Shown here piece by piece: positions 37,571 to 50,945 of a DNA stretch of 64,000 bases. Both the position numbers and the translations under genes were made by a program. The notes beneath the pieces were generated by a model. It had not been told where the DNA came from. It did not search any database and saw only the letters and a program-made list of their open reading frames with translations. This DNA comes from Chiloscyllium plagiosum (Eukaryota). Positions within the stretch are counted from its first letter, which is position 1. Each line of letters starts with the position of its first letter. The stretch is taken from the NCBI RefSeq assembly GCF_004010195.1, contig NC_057756.1, forward strand, positions 3,566,785 through 3,630,784. Reading direction: 5' to 3'.

Positions 37571-40049
37571 TCAATTCTAGAAGCTAAAGTGGAAGCGTGC
37601 AAAACATTGCAAAGATTTTATTTTCTTTTGACACGTTCTCAGAAATGTTTAACGAAAGAAATAAATTAAAACATTATATTTATGTAATTGTTGACTTTTT
37701 TTTTCATTTGACGAGGCTGTGTCTCCAATACCATTCAGGTTTCATTTGCCATTTCCATTCTTCGGACTTGTAATTCTTGGCATGGAATCAGACGTTCCTA
37801 TTTAAGAATTCAAAATGAAATTTCAACTTCAGTTTTGACTTTAGCTTATCTGTGATCACTGAATCCATTTATGATCCCTGTATTTCACGGATTCATGATG
37901 ATCCCATACTTCAAACCTAAAATTTCATGAAATTGCGCATTTCTTAATTCATTGGTACTCATGACCGTGCATCAAATAGATGGAAATGAAGCAACATTAA
38001 CTTACGAGCCAAACCATAAAAGGATACTGGTCAAATGCTCGGAGAATAGAATTATAATATTTATGTGCTTATTTTGGGAAGCCTGGACGCAATGAAACGT
38101 TGGAATTGTTTTTTTTCTGTGTTGTGAATCTCTATCATTGTGATTTTGGTTTTGTCAAAACCGAGAATGTTCTGAAACCCGACAACAAGCAACGTATTGC
38201 TTTACAAAACAGTATTACAGAGCCAAAAAGCACGGAATTTCGAAAATAAAATTATGTTTCTTTGGAAAGGCTTGCTGAGGCGTTATTTTGTGATACGGAT
38301 TTATAATTTTGAACATTTAAGAAGTTACTCTGAATATACATGAAAGATTTCTCATCATTGGACTGAAAGAAAAAGAAGATATAAGAAAATGCGCACTGAG
38401 AAAAGAGAGAGATAGAAAGAGGAAGGTTGTGTGTGCATGCACAAGAGAGAGAGGGAGACATAAAGAGAGAGGCAGAGAGACAAAGGCAAATAGCGACAGA
38501 GAACTTGTTGTCTACTTTTCCCATGTCCATTTTGATTTATATAATCGCTCCGAAATTTCACAAAAGCACCACCCTAAAAGATGTCCAGCTCTTCAACATT
38601 TAAACAAATAAGAATCAGTTGACAATGCATTGCAGAAATAGCAAATCCAATGCTCACATCGCCAGAAAAATCGTCATTCATTTTGTGGTAAGCATAAAAT
38701 TGCAGTGCAAGTTATCTGATCAAAACAACAACCTGTAGCTGTAAACAGTTTGTTAACTGAGCGGATGGGAGTTCAAAGCCGAGTTATTCCACAGAACTAC
38801 AAGACTGTTCAGGAAAACCGTCAGTCATTGACTTCAAAAATGTCACCTTTGTTGCAAACAGTATCATTTGATTGTAGTAGGAAAATAAAAATGTGGTAAC
38901 ATTTTGAGTCTGAATATAATGTACATGATAGGATTTAGATTTTCTGCCAGATGTTGAAATTTAGAAACAGAAAACAAGCATTAAGGTCATCTTACGTGCC
39001 TGGTCATTTGCACGTAGTTTGACAACCTGAAAACTAAGTCGGACTTAAGAAGGGTCGACAATAATCAGTAGCCAGTCGCATACCAGTGCTGCAGGTTGAA
39101 AGTGACTTAATGAATTCAAATAAATGCTACTTACATAAGACTAAAAGCTATTCCCAAATTTGGTTAGCTTTGAAATTAAATGTTCCAGGAATGATGTGAA
39201 ATTACTCTTTTGAACTTCTGCAGAAGCTGGTATAATGAAATTGCAAATTCACCACGTTTCGAAATTCAATACGTTTCGAAACGTATGCATTGCATTTCCG
39301 TGGCTTTGGGAAAATAGGCTGAATTGCCGAACTCGTGTAACTCAGTTATCTTTCATCCGTGGATTGTGGCTGAATGAAACAAATGTTTGCGTCAAAGTTT
39401 AATTGATCCATCTGACTAGGCCGTTTTCGTTTCGAAACGGATATTCATGAGACTTTGAACTGCTATTAAGTGCGAATATTACAATAGCAGCAGTTTCCAC
39501 CAGCTCAGCGTGATAATGCAATTCAGCACAAACTGTACAATTTCCAATGGAAATGCAATTATTTTTAATCATTAGATGACTTCATAATTTGACCATTGGT
39601 GTTGTTTGGATGTCATTGTAACACAAACGCATCCTTTTATCAAATATTGCATGTTGTTTTCACATGATTTTAGATTACAGACTAATACAAAGAGCAAGCA
39701 TATGAAATTTTGGGAAAGTGTTAACAACGATGCCATAGACTAAAAAAAGACAACACACCACGAGAGTTTTATGAAAAATGAGTATGGGATAAAGAATGAG
39801 AGATTGAGAAAATTAGAGAGAAGTAAAGACACTGAAAAAAGGAAAGAAGTGCCGGGACAATGATTGAATTATTTTGATGGGGAGGTTGTGGAAAATGAAC
39901 AGTTGGGGAATTCGTATTACCAACTGTATGCAATGTGTAATGTCGAGATCTAATCTACGAATACCAAGATGACTGAAAATTGTTACGTTGCACACTTAAA
40001 TTCTAAAGTCGTCATTGAAGACAGAAACCAGGAGAACTAACTAAACTGT

Positions 40050-41800
40050 GTTGAGAAATGAAAAGTCCCGCAATAATATACTTGAGTTTAGCAATCTGAC
40101 AGGTCTTTTTTTTCTGAAAGGAGGAATTCATTTCGAAATATCCATGTGTTCAAGGTTATTATTTGCAAGAATGGAATAAGTAAGAAATAATTGTAATATC
40201 TGAAAAGATTCTTGAAAACAAATCCTGAAACAACGTAGTCCCTGATGTAACGTGATCTAATCTGACAACGAATAAATAAATAAAGCGAAAGCAGCATCTT
40301 TACCATTTGTGACGCAATATAACCTTCCACAAATACGTCAGGAGACACTTGTCGCAGGGAACATGCTCTCACATTCATTCAGGATTGTAGTTAACTCTCG
40401 TGTCGAGTATGAAGTCCGAGCTTCCTTAAAAATAGACTTGAGACGAAATAGTTTTGTCTCTGCCTTAATAGAGCGTATAGTAGTGATATATTTTTTTGAA
40501 AATGAGAACTGTGCCTCAAAACTCAATCTTTTGTTTTGATGTAAAGATATAGCTGCAGGGACACAGCTTCAGGTTTCCTTCAGCACATTATTCTGTGAAC
40601 TGTCAGAACGTTGGTTTAGGGCCTATCCCTGATCATCTCCATCATATCCATAAATCTCTTAAGTCGAATAAAGTTGTATAATAAAAAAAAGATTTCCCTA
40701 GTTTCATCAGCTTCAGTTAAATCCAGGACCGGACTGTTTTGTTCAATTCCTTCAGACTGAATTTGAAATGTTCTGCTGATGGCATTTTAAAAATCTATTT
40801 CCCTCAGCCATTCATTTTGCGAATACCTCTGGTCATGTTGGGGAATACTAACTCTTCCAATATCATTACCTTCTTGGTTTTGAGATTCTCTTCACTTTGT
40901 CTGCACATCTGTTCTTACATACTGTTGTATCTGACTGGGTGATGGCGATAGTACTCCCCAAAAACTTTAATTGCTTTTGATTTCTAGCCAAGACTTAATA
41001 ATAAGACTTTGTTTGAGTGGCTATTTAAGATGTCAGTATTCCTTACTAGTGCTATTATTTTTCCCTGGTTCAGATATGTTTTCGTGAATTTATGATTATT
41101 CAATGTCTCGACTTCACTCCCTGTTTCCAGCACTGCAATTGCCCCATCACATTTGGGGATTAGCCCACTATTGTCCAATGCCTCATCTTTCTTTACCAAG
41201 AACAAAGCACTAATATGTTCGAAAGTAAATCTCCAGACAGGATAAGCCCTACAAAGCAAATGTTACAGCTATTTCCATGCATCCTTGAAAGTATTACTTC
41301 TGATCTGTATGATTTTATGATCAGTATTGCGTCCAACAGGCAATGACATTCACCACCTTCCCTATATTGCTGAAATAGCATATTCTGGAATGAGTTGCCA
41401 AACCTCTCTCAAACATGTCTCAGTGACAGTAATGTCTCATCCTTCTATTTCAAGTTCTATATTCAGTGCTTAATTTGAAGCATCTGTTATAATAAATGGA
41501 GACCCATTTGTCAAACCCGAATTGCTTTAATTAATCTGCAGTTTCTCTGCCTGCCATATTCATATGTTGTGGCATCTAAACCCGTCAGTTCATTTCGTCA
41601 TCTCTTGGAATCAAAAGGATTCTATAAGGCATTTAATATATACCTCTTTTGAAAAGCTTGCACACGTTCTCTCAATATGCCAAATCTGTTGTCTTTGCTA
41701 TCTCGATGTGTCTAACTAATGTCCATGACAATTTTATAATCGATTTGCTAAGACATGATCGTACACAAGCTTGCAGCTTAAGTGATTTGAAACTGTTTTT
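40050..41800 (-). mobile_element. Very old L1/Tx1-like LINE ORF2 remnant
   Basis: Minus-strand motifs in the expected order: QGCPLSG-like (~41240), NxxKxxLL (~41010), LKFLG (~40965) and C-terminal NTWIFRNEFL (~40130). Highly decayed. Confidence 0.45.
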
Positions 41801-42450
41801 AATGCATTTTTCATGATTGAAACTTACACTGAGCCACGAATCATGAAGTATTACCTGTCGACATATGATGTAGCTTACATTAAAATCCTGTAGTCACATG
41901 TTATTTCCGTGAGCGAAGAATAACACTATCAAACTGATAATCATTTCTAATTATAAGTTGGATTCAATTCTTTAAAATTTCCGTTTGTCACCGTGTTGGA
42001 TTTTCGTCAGGTATTTTGGTCTCACATGTGATCGATGGTGAATTATTCCTATTTTAAAATAGAGTAATTCCTTGGAATCTAAGAGGAACAGGAAGCGCAG
42101 TGGATAAAACATGATTAATGATGCCTGACAAGTAATATATTCAATATGAAAATGGAAGCTGTTGCACAATTGTGCAATTTTGTCATGATCCACAGGGCAC
42201 ACAGGAAGATGGTTCTGTTTGTTGAAGGCCTGTCACCGTAGTTACTGGAGATCTGTACATGAGGCAACTCTGAGGCAAATGCTTGTGTGAAGTCACAAGT
42301 GCCTGGAAAGCAATTCTTTCAATTACACTTTGATCAGTGCTTACTTTGTTTAAAGTGGAAGATAAAAATTCAACTTGTGTTTAAGTATCCATTTTTGCTT
42401 TGTATTACTTTGCCCTTCTCTGAAATGCATATTTGAAGTTTACTTAGAAC

Positions 42451-42756
42451 ATCCAATATTTTTTTTTTGGGGGGGGGCAGTTAAAGAGGCCGAAGTGTAG
42501 CTTCAATCTTCCTGTATGGATCATGCTTGGAAAATAACCTATGACTTTTATGAACACTGTTGTTGGCATTCTTACCACATGCACAAACTTGCTATCTGTG
42601 TTTATCCAATATTTTTTTTGGGGGGGGGGGCAGTTAAAGAGGGCGAAGTGTAGCTTCAATCTTCCTATATGGATCATGCTTGGAAAATAACCTATGACTT
42701 TTATGAACACTGTTGTTGGCATTCTTACCACATGCACAAACTTGCTATCTGTGTTT
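42451..42756. repeat. 153-bp tandem duplication (two copies)
   Basis: 42451-42603 and 42604-42756 differ only in poly-T/poly-G lengths and about 2 substitutions. Confidence 0.95.
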
Positions 42757-43439
42757 AAATATATCAGCAGAAACTTGCGCGTCTGCTGTCAATGGAAGTC
42801 AAATGATGGCACCAGATGTATGTACAGGGAAGCAGTCTCTCAACATATTATACACTCAAAGAAAGAGAAGGGAAGGCTGCCTGTTATGCAATCAGGGAGG
42901 ATCAGTCAGACAAAATAAGCGTCAGTTACGTCTCCTGTGTTTGGTTCTCGACAGCAGCAACAGCAGGTAAGCAGATCTCGCAGCACCTGCGGTGACGTCG
43001 AGTCCAGGGAGCCTTTGAGGTAGAAAATTCAGCGGGGGAGATCAAGCACTTGTGGGAAAATGTTATGAAGCGAGCTTGGTTAAGCACATAGAAACTGGAA
43101 TCCTAATTCAGCCGATAACTCTGAATGGACACCACGTACCAAGTTGCGAAAATCTGTGATGAACAGCTGGATGTTGTACGGTGCTGACTGGACGAGCAGG
43201 TGCGGTGAAGTTTATGGAAATGGAAAGACTAACTTTTGAATTTGTTGAACCTTTAGTCACGTAAACTCATTATACTTTCAGTATTTTAAAGTTTATACAG
43301 TGTGATTGGTAATTTATTTTGTATTCCAAGATGGCGCTGGAACGTGGCAATATAGTGTATTTTTCTCTGTACCTCAGCAAAGTGGTAAAACGTGTAAGAA
43401 AATGCATTTCAGAAACTGGCAGCAAAAATCACAAGTGGG

Positions 43440-45140
43440 ACAGTTAAGATATATCAAAACTGCACTTCTTACAAACAGTAAGAGACTGCAATTGACTTAT
43501 TGGTAGGGAATTGTGTTAGTTCTCTTGGCTTGGTTTCAAACAAGATTTCAAGTAAATGGCTAGGTACGTTGGACAAAAATATCATTGCAAGCACCAAATT
43601 GAATATGCTAAAGACAATAGAAGAATAAAGTTAAAATACCAAACAGCGAACCTGTTTTGAATGCGCAATTATTCAACAAAAAATATATCCATATATCATT
43701 GAAAACAAATTAAATGATGTATTGGCCACAAGTCTGAGATATTGGTATGATTGAACACAGATAAATGCTTATGGTGGGACAGTGATCAGCACTTTGAGTT
43801 GGGATGAAAGCAATGCACTCCAAACAGCTCTTTTCAGAATGAATGAACAACGTTTAGGAAACGTTTGGTTGGAAGTAAGAACCGTTAAGAGTCAATGAAC
43901 ACTGATTACAGTTATTTTAAGCAGCTGGTGCAATTGAATGATAGCCCTGATAGTATGGTTATATTGTTAACTGGAATATGTGGGAAGCATACTTAAAGGT
44001 GTGGCGATATATGCACTCATAGAATTGAAGAAATACATAGATGTACAATTTTGTTGCCATTGTTACGACACTGCGGTGTACCCCTCTGCTAATTAAATCA
44101 AACAGCCAGAAGAGCTCACCTCGTCTCATAATCTTGAAAGCATGAGTGAGGGAGAACTTCCGAATTCCACCATCTAAAATAACATCAATTTATTTTTAAG
44201 TCCAGAAATGAACTATAAACAACAACTGATTCATGACTCTAATCCCCCCGCCCCTTTCGTTTAACTGCTATTTATCCACCACCAACTCTACAACAATGTG
44301 CTGTGCCAATAAGACATTTGCTAAAATTATGTTAACTTAGCTTCAAAACCACACATCGACTGTCACCTTCTCTAACTACATTCTTCCCGCTACTGAATTC
44401 CCTGGGTCGTCTTGATTACTTTTTTTTATTGCGAGTATGCTTCCCATGTAGTGTTATCTTTGATAAAGACTGTTTCTTAACTCCTTGCATCTGTCATGAT
44501 AGCAGTTGCTCTCTCTCGAATATGCAAAATGTCTGCAAATTTATATCCCCAGCATGGGATCAACTCATTGTTGCTATGTTAGGAAAGGGCATGTCGGTAA
44601 CCTATGAAAATAATGTAATTCAAATTCGATTTAATTTTTGTATCTTGTGGCATAATTTAAACTGGTTGGCAAAAATCGAATTGTTCTCAAATTGGAAATC
44701 GAAACTCAGGTATCCATTTCACAGCCAAATGTTGCATATGTTTAATTTATCAGAACACTCTGGCCATGCAATGCAGTTATATCACAGGTGTTTGTAAGAT
44801 CTAAATTCTGAGTTCACTCTCTCTTAAAGGTACAGTACATGCCTTCAAATTCATAACGCCAGGCATTCAAGACTCTGTGCTAATTGCTGCAAAATGCAGT
44901 TTAAAACGTTCCGTGGCTGTTTTCAACCAGCGCAGATAGGATGGACCAAAGGCCTTGTGTTTTGTTTGTGTTGTGGATCTACATGAATTTGTGTAAGGTC
45001 TTTGTGGTCTATGCGACAAATGTGTGATAGAATTAAATTTTATAAAAAGGATTGAAAGGTTTGATCAGACATGATCATGCTAACTAGTGACAGCAGGTTC
45101 AATTGGCAAAATGACTTATTTCTGTTGCTGTACTCCTATT
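43440..45140 (+). mobile_element. Decayed CR1 RT and 3' fragment split by a solo LTR
   Basis: CR1-like C-terminal remnants at 43500-44040 resume at ~44860 and end with a CR1-like tail (~45100-45140). Confidence 0.45.
44061..44858 (-). mobile_element. Solo LTR (same family as 30518-31288)
   Basis: tgttacgaca...tcataacg termini; flanks ccat / ccag resemble a decayed 4-bp TSD. Confidence 0.75.
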
Positions 45141-45319
45141 TTCCTAATCATAATATTGCAGACAGCATTATTCATATTTGAAGCTCCTGTACCTTGTGTT
45201 ACTTCATAATCAATTTTATTCTGGATTTCTATTTTGAATGTGCATGGATTTTCTTTATGCCTGTCAATAAAAAAAAAATCATCTGCGTCCAATGACTTGT
45301 GTTTGTTTATCTCCGACAG

Positions 45320-45340
45320 AACCTTCGAATTTAAAGTACG
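45320..45340 (+). CDS. 21-nt heptad microexon 7 (EPSNLKY)
   Basis: gtttgtttatctccgacag|aaccttcgaatttaaagtacg|gtaaga. Confidence 0.75.
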
Positions 45341-47428
45341 GTAAGAATCCCCAAAAGGTTTACATTTCCACGTTAGGCCAACATTGACATGTTTTTCAAT
45401 TGTATTGGCCGGACTGACCAGCTGTTATTGCAATCTTTCAACGTTGGCCTCCTGCACTTCCAGATATTATCAAACATTCTAAAACTGAGAGAGGACTCAA
45501 AAGGGTATTTTGACATGTGCGAAATCCAGATATTGATGGAAGTTTCTCAACAACTAACACTTGTTGATGTTTTTTTAAAACAAATGCTCATTTCACTATC
45601 GCAAAATCTGTTGGAAGTATAAAGTTTCATTCTGCAGGATAAACAGTCTTAATAGGAAACCAGGAACTAATAAAGTGCTGGAAACGCTCTGAAGGTTTAG
45701 CTGTATCTGTCCAGGGAAATCAGATTTAACACTTTTGGTGCTGTGACTCTTGTTCTGAACAATCATAATAAATGCCATTTAACCTTACTTCTCCACTGTT
45801 AAACGATGAATTGTGAGTATTTCCTTTTATCATTCGTTGTGAAGTTCATTGTGATGGGAACATGGTTGAGTTTAAATAATAAACCGCATCATGGAATAAC
45901 AGATACGCTGCGGTTTTGTTTCAAGGAATGAGAACGACATCTGTTAAGCGTCACATTTAAAATATGAAGTGAGCAATTAACTTATGATTGACAGTGGGAG
46001 AGGCTATATCGAGGTTGTAAGAAATGGATGTTCGAAAAAACTCTTGAGACAATGCTACGCAAAATCTTGTTTTCCTTACGTATGCAAATACATCAGTCAA
46101 GAGAAACCCTGGAAAACACGGCCATAAACTTTAAACTTATAGAAAGTGAACTTCTAACAGAGCAACTTTGAGGAAAACAAGATGACAGGTCAAGGGGTAA
46201 CATGCCTGCATAAATACATAGGCTAGTGATGTCTCCGTGATCTGAACTCAATGAAATAATCACAGGGGAGGTTTTTGAGAACAAATCTCAAGTATTTGAT
46301 CGTAAGACCTAACAAGAGTCAAATCACCTCCGAAATGTAAGCTTTGTCAATTCTGTACTAATTTGATGGCTCATATGGAAACTGGCTAATAGATCAGATA
46401 GAGTAACGTAGTTCTGAATGATATAAGGATTCCTTAATAACTTTAAGTGGGTTGCAACTTTCGTTTTTAATGTATTCCGATATTATCGCTAAAAACCAAG
46501 CATGAGAGCATAAATGCAGAAAGTACGTAAATGTTTCTTTATGTCAAATACACTGATGCGCATTTGATTGAGAACTGAAGTTTACAGGCAGTATTGGTAA
46601 CTGAGTGGAGAAATTCTATTCACATTAGAATTTCAAAGATCAGGAAAACTCTACCCATTAAGTAGGCAAACGTGTCACATTATCAGTCATTCGTATTGAA
46701 CTTCGATTGCATACCCATGTGTCTTCTCTCTTTATCTCTCTGTCTCTCACATTCTCTGATAACGTCATATATATGTCAGTAGAAGTTACATTGTCGTCTA
46801 ACCTTTGCAACAATTTCATGCACCAATGTATTGTTGAATATCAGTCTAAAAACAATGTGCAGTATTGTATGCAAATTAATTGTAAATTGCTTTGATTCAA
46901 TGTTAGATTTAAGTGTCAGCCATTTACGCTGGAAATTACTTCATGAAATGTTAAATATTCTCAGAAGTATTTTCAATGATTCGCAAAATAATTGCAATTA
47001 GCAACGCTATACTAATGTCGCTGCTGTTATCAGTCATCCGTGTTTCCAAGGATAAAACTTCTGAACATGTACTTGAAAGAGTTGTAAAATGAAAATGCTT
47101 TAAATGCAAGTTTTGATTCGAATGCTAAATAACGTATTGGTTTATCGACAACATTTTCCAGTTGATCTTACTACTCTATTGTATTTAACTGCCTGGTTCT
47201 TCTTTTTCCTCTCTCATTATAATAAAAAAAAACAATCGTAGCCCTTTGTTTTACATGTGCACAAACACATTTGCAGACATATTACCGAAAAGCTGATATT
47301 GGATCAAATAATACCTTCATAAATCATCTTTTTTAAAATTTGCATTTTACTTCATGGTGCGGCATTGGATGGTCATCTTGGAAGTAAAATAGACTGAAAT
47401 ACATCATTTTATCGTTCTTCCCAAACAG

Positions 47429-47449
47429 AGCTGGCAAAGTGTAAAGTAG
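47429..47449 (+). CDS. 21-nt heptad microexon 8 (ELAKCKV)
   Basis: tttatcgttcttcccaaacag|agctggcaaagtgtaaagtag|gtaaga. Confidence 0.85.
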   Translation, partial: SWQSVK

Positions 47450-47929
47450 GTAAGATGGTATACCTATATTGAGAGTGTTGTGCATGAGTTAGTGAATTAG
47501 TCAACTCACAGTATAGTAAAAAAGAAATAACGAGGCATAAATGATTTCAAAGAACATTTAAATAAGAACAAATGATGTGGTTAATTGTAACTTGCAAGCT
47601 ATTATTGTACAGCTCACCGCCAATTGAAATTAGTTTACAATTTCAATCGATTTGTTTACTGCCTGTTTCTACAAATTATTCTTATTACTGTGTGTTTCTG
47701 ACCTACAGACCAACCATCCATGGTGATGAGAATTACGGATTGAACTATTTCATTTCAGAAACGACAACACTTCAACCTTCTTTTTGAAGATAGTCAATGT
47801 TTGGCAATTCTGGTTCAAAACTTAAGCTGTTCAAACCAATGTGATACACATTTATGTAATTTGATGACGGGAGCCACTCATTCGTACACGCCATCTCCTC
47901 TTCATATAAAATGCACGTTAACTGACGAC

Positions 47930-48340
47930 TTTTACGGCGTTGAGTAACAATGCTGTCCGTGGTGATAAATAGATCAAAGCGCTTACTGAAATCAAAGACA
48001 ATGATTTGAAAAACATGGCAAGGAGTATAATGAACCATAATTTCCTTTATTGCACCGAAATATTTCGATCCGAGAAGAAACACGAGGAATATGGATTACA
48101 AGGTAGATTGGCAATTGTATCCAAAACTGGCTTAATCACAGGAGACAGAGCGTGGTGCTCGTGGCCTGGTTCTTTTAATGGAGTCCACTGCATAGTGGAA
48201 TAACACAGGGTTCCTTGTTCTGTCCCTTACTGTCGGTAATGTTTATAAATGATATTTGGAGTGTGAAGTGCTGTTAGAATGACATATTCATGGATGACCC
48301 AAGCATGGTTTGGTTCACACAGTCGAATGTGGGAATCTGA
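47930..48340 (+). mobile_element. CR1 RT fragment
   Basis: YGLQGRLAI...GDRAW and ggaataacacagggttccttgttctgtcccttactg...gtttataaatgat (VPQGSVLGPLLF.IND-like). Confidence 0.55.
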
Positions 48341-48762
48341 AAATTACTGTGGGTTGTGGGGAGATGTTTATTTGAAGCAGGTAAACTCACAATATTAAAA
48401 CGTTACTTTGATCAAAACTTTGAATAATGCAACTTTCCAAACCACAGGTTAAGTATGTGCACCTGGATCTAGTGCAGGTAGTTGTGCATTTCCGGATTTG
48501 CAGGATAGACATAACGAATGGTCTCGTCAGTACTTTTTATATCAATGATTAGATCAAGAATTTTACTCAGGAAAAGGGGTTAGCTAAATAAATTCGACAT
48601 AGATATATACCCATTGTGACAATTGGGTATTCTTTTTATATCAAATGGGAAGCAGATGTTGGCATGGGGGGAAGCATTCATCGTGTTAACTTTGTGAACA
48701 CAGCCTTTTAGGGACAGACAATGAGTAATGGACACCCAACGACGCCCATGTCCAAAGTTTTA

Positions 48763-49110
48763 GGTGGCATGATTGCTCAGTAGTTGGCACTACTGCCCCT
48801 TTGGGCCAGAGATTCAGGTTCGATTCCCGCCTCAGACGACCGTGTGTGTAGAGTTTACACGGTCTTCTGCATCCATAAAGGCTTCCAAATTGTGCTCTGG
48901 TTTCTTCCCAGGTTCTGAAGAATTGCAAGTTCGCTAATCGACATGCTAAGTTACCTTTAGTGTTCAGTGGTATTTAGGTTAGATGGGTGAGCCATGTGAA
49001 ACGCAAGGTGACAGAGATGGGATAAGTGGATGGGTCTTGGTGGGATGCCTTTCAGAGGGTGCTTGTGGACGTGATGGGCCGACCAGCCAATTTGAATTTG
49101 TGGGCAATCT
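48763..49110 (+). mobile_element. HE1-type tRNA-derived SINE
   Basis: ggtggcatgattgctcagtagttggcactactgcc...caggttcgattcccgcctcagacgaccgtgtgtgtagagtttacac; homologous to 21065-21385. Confidence 0.8.
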
Positions 49111-49639
49111 ATGTACTAAAAATTAACAATAAGAAGAGAAAACAAAGTAACATCCTGCTCTCTGAAAGCAGCGTTAGGTATCTTTCCTCAGGTTTGCCTC
49201 CTCATCTTATAATCCACCTTCAACTTGTACATTATACACCCCCCCATAAATGTCTCCTGTCACCAAAGCAATCCGGACACAGTCTGTCCATTTCACGCAA
49301 GCATTTGTTGACATTACTGTTTTTCTTTTTCCCTGGACTAGTAGTTTATGCTGTGTCTCTCAATTGCTTGAAATGTTCCTGAGCTGTTACCGTGGGACAA
49401 CTTCCGATAATGCCTTGCCTGTTGGAATTGCCGTTAGGTTCAGTTGTTGTAAGAACAAAATATTCTAGATTTCGATATCTCTGCTTCGTAAGATAGTATG
49501 GCGGCCAGTGAATGCCTCATTTATTCTTGTAGAATGGTAGCTTCATCCGTAACGTGGTAGAGTGAGATCTCAATTTAAGTGGTATGTGACAGTAATGTGC
49601 AATTTTTTTGCTGTTTCAAATGGGAACCCAAATATAATT

Positions 49640-50945
49640 GTTGTGGTTCTGTTCGCCGAGCTGGGAATTTGTGTTGCAGACGTTTTGTCCCCTATCTAGG
49701 TGACATCCTCAGTGCTTGAAAGCCTCCTGTGAAGCGCTTCTGTGATCTATGCTCCGGCATTTGGAGTGGTTTGAATCTGCCGCCGCCGGTTGTCAGTTAC
49801 AGCTGTCCGCTGCAGTAGTCGGTATATTGGGCCCAGGTCGATGTGCTTATTGATTCAATCTGTGGATGAGTGCCATGCCTCCAGGAATTCCCTGGCTGTT
49901 CTTTGTTTGGCTTGTCCTATAATAGTAGCGGTGGTCCCAGTCGAATTCATGTTGCTTGTCATCTACGTGTGTGGCTACTAAGGAAAGCTGGTCGTGTCGA
50001 TTCATGGCTAGTTGGTACAGAGAACACCTAGCGGAGAGTTCACTTCAAAGGTATGCAGGAAGGCCACACACACAGCCCAAGTCCTGAACTACGAAAGCTA
50101 ACACCCCAACACACACAAAAGCAATTGCATCAAGACACTATTCAAAAGTGCCACAACACACTGCAGTACACCAGAACTGCAAAAAGAGGAAGAACACCTC
50201 TACAATGTATTGGCCAAAAACGGATACCCGCGCAATTTCATCAACAGATGCCTAAGGGAAAGACAACGGAACGAGGACATGCCGCAACCCAAAGGACTAG
50301 CCACACAACCATACATAAAGAGCATTTCTGAACTGACAGCCAGACTACTGCGACCACTAGGACTCATAACAGCACACAAACCAACAGCCACTCTCAGACA
50401 ACAACTCACCAGAACGAAGGACCCGATACCCATCATGAGCAAAAGCAATGTAGTGTACAAACTCCCATGCAAGGACTGCACAAAACACTACATAGGATAA
50501 ACAGGAAGACAGCTAACGATCCGCATCCATGAACATCAATTAGCCACGAAACGACACGACCAGCTATCTTTAGTAGCCACACACAGATGACAAGCAACAT
50601 GAATTCGACTGGGACAACCCTACTATTATAGGACTAGCCAAACAGAGAACAGCCAGGGAATTCCTAGAGGCATGGCACTCATCCACAGATTCAATCAATA
50701 AGCACATCGACCTGGACCCAATATACCGACCACTGCAACGGACAGCTGGAACTGACAACCAGAGGTGACAGATTCAAACCACTACAAATGCCAGAGGAAA
50801 GATCACAGAAGCGCTTCATATGAGGCTCCCAAGCACTGAGGATGTCACCTAGACAGGGGACGAAACGTCTGTAACACAAATTCCCAGCTCGGCGAACAGA
50901 ACCATGACAACGAGCACCCGAGCTACAAATCCTCTCACAAACTTT
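49640..50945 (+). mobile_element. 5'-truncated Penelope-like element: inverted pLTR, RT C-terminus plus GIY-YIG endonuclease, pLTR
   Basis: KNGYPRNFINRCL...PYIKSISE...SNVVYKLPCKDCTKHYIG*TGRQLTIRIHEH (one stop at 50498). 49640-50015 is an inverted copy of ~50545-50906. TSD ccaaatataatt at 49628-49639 and 50949-50960. Confidence 0.93.
50836..50869 (+). ncRNA. Minimal hammerhead ribozyme motif in the Penelope pLTR
   Basis: CTGAGGA-t-gtcacc-tagaca-ggggac-GAAA-cgtc: CUGANGA and GAAA core boxes around a stem II hairpin. Confidence 0.6.
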
